Below are positions 63,428 through 64,000 of a DNA stretch of 64,000 nt, one piece after another. The stretch lies in contig OZ241826.1 of the NCBI GenBank assembly GCA_965202585.1, positions 23,064,001-23,128,000 on the forward strand, given 5' to 3'. The position numbers were made by a program, and so were the translations under genes. Numbering within the stretch: position 1 is the stretch's first letter; each line of letters begins with the position of its first letter. The notes beneath the pieces are model-generated. The model saw only the letters and a program-made list of their open reading frames with translations, was not told where the DNA came from and did not search any database. Source of the stretch: Thalia democratica. Taxonomy: Eukaryota.

Positions 63428-63614
63428 ACAACCTTTCATCCCTTGCAAGTTGAAGATGTTCTTCTTCCCTCAGATATTGATGCAGGTTCGTGCTTTCCAC
63501 CCGACGTCACATATCATCCATCCGTCAACAGCTCCATGCTACTACTCATGATTGGTAATGACTGATTGAGGGCTTGTGGCCGATTCAGTATAACCGCTTC
63601 AGAAAATGTTGCTG
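63428..63614 (-). other. GC-richer exon-like block, best frame has an internal TGA
   Basis: gctttcag acceptor then TFSEAVILNRPQ...LLTDG*YVTSGGKHEPASISEGRRTSS. Nearby micro-exon-like units with gtaagt/gtatgt donors. Confidence 0.25.
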
Positions 63615-64000
63615 AAAGCAAATATTTGATATAGTTGGTGATTATAGTATTTTAAAACCAAATTAATTTATTAAGTTTTGATTAATTACATGTTTATTAA
63701 AAATTAAATTCAATTTAAATTTTACGAGTAGTAAAAGCTAACAATAAAACTGTAGCTTAACTTTTAGTAGCAATAAAGAAGAGTAAAAAAAAATTTTTTT
63801 GAATTTTTAAAGCCATATTAATATATAAATAAAAATTTAATTTTTGACATAATTTCAATTTTATAACTTAATTACTTTTTTTGTTGCTCTTTTTAGAACT
63901 GTCTTTATACACTTTTCTTGGAAAGTTATTTATGTCAAAATATTTACTGAAATTTCAGTTTAAAAACAACTTAAATAATAGTGAATTACAGAATATGGTT

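Overview
Very AT-rich (roughly a quarter GC by eye) eukaryotic genomic DNA, most likely an invertebrate animal: short GT-AG introns, TTTCAG-type acceptors, Penelope and CR1 retroelements. The host cannot be identified from sequence alone. The left part (1-27 kb) holds a ~3 kb segmental duplication carrying a 5-exon secreted Cys-rich protein gene, with a different lesion in each copy. It also holds two intronless GC-rich genes on the minus strand (a RING-HC protein and a calpain with an apparent signal peptide), a 5'-truncated CR1 LINE and several non-autonomous DNA transposons. The centre (31.3-36.5 kb) is a near-full-length endogenous rhabdovirus L (polymerase) gene. Its first ~696 codons are intact while the rest carries at least 8 stops/frameshifts and an internal deletion. 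The right part (37-61.5 kb) is a decayed, rearranged array of C2H2 zinc-finger, SET-domain, BACK/kelch and unknown-domain modules with a conserved CpG-rich motif. It is interleaved with five Penelope-like retroelement relics, some with hammerhead-ribozyme remnants. The viral element and all these relics lie on the + strand. Probable 3' exons of a minus-strand host gene close the window. Domain calls rest on motif recognition by eye, not on database searches.
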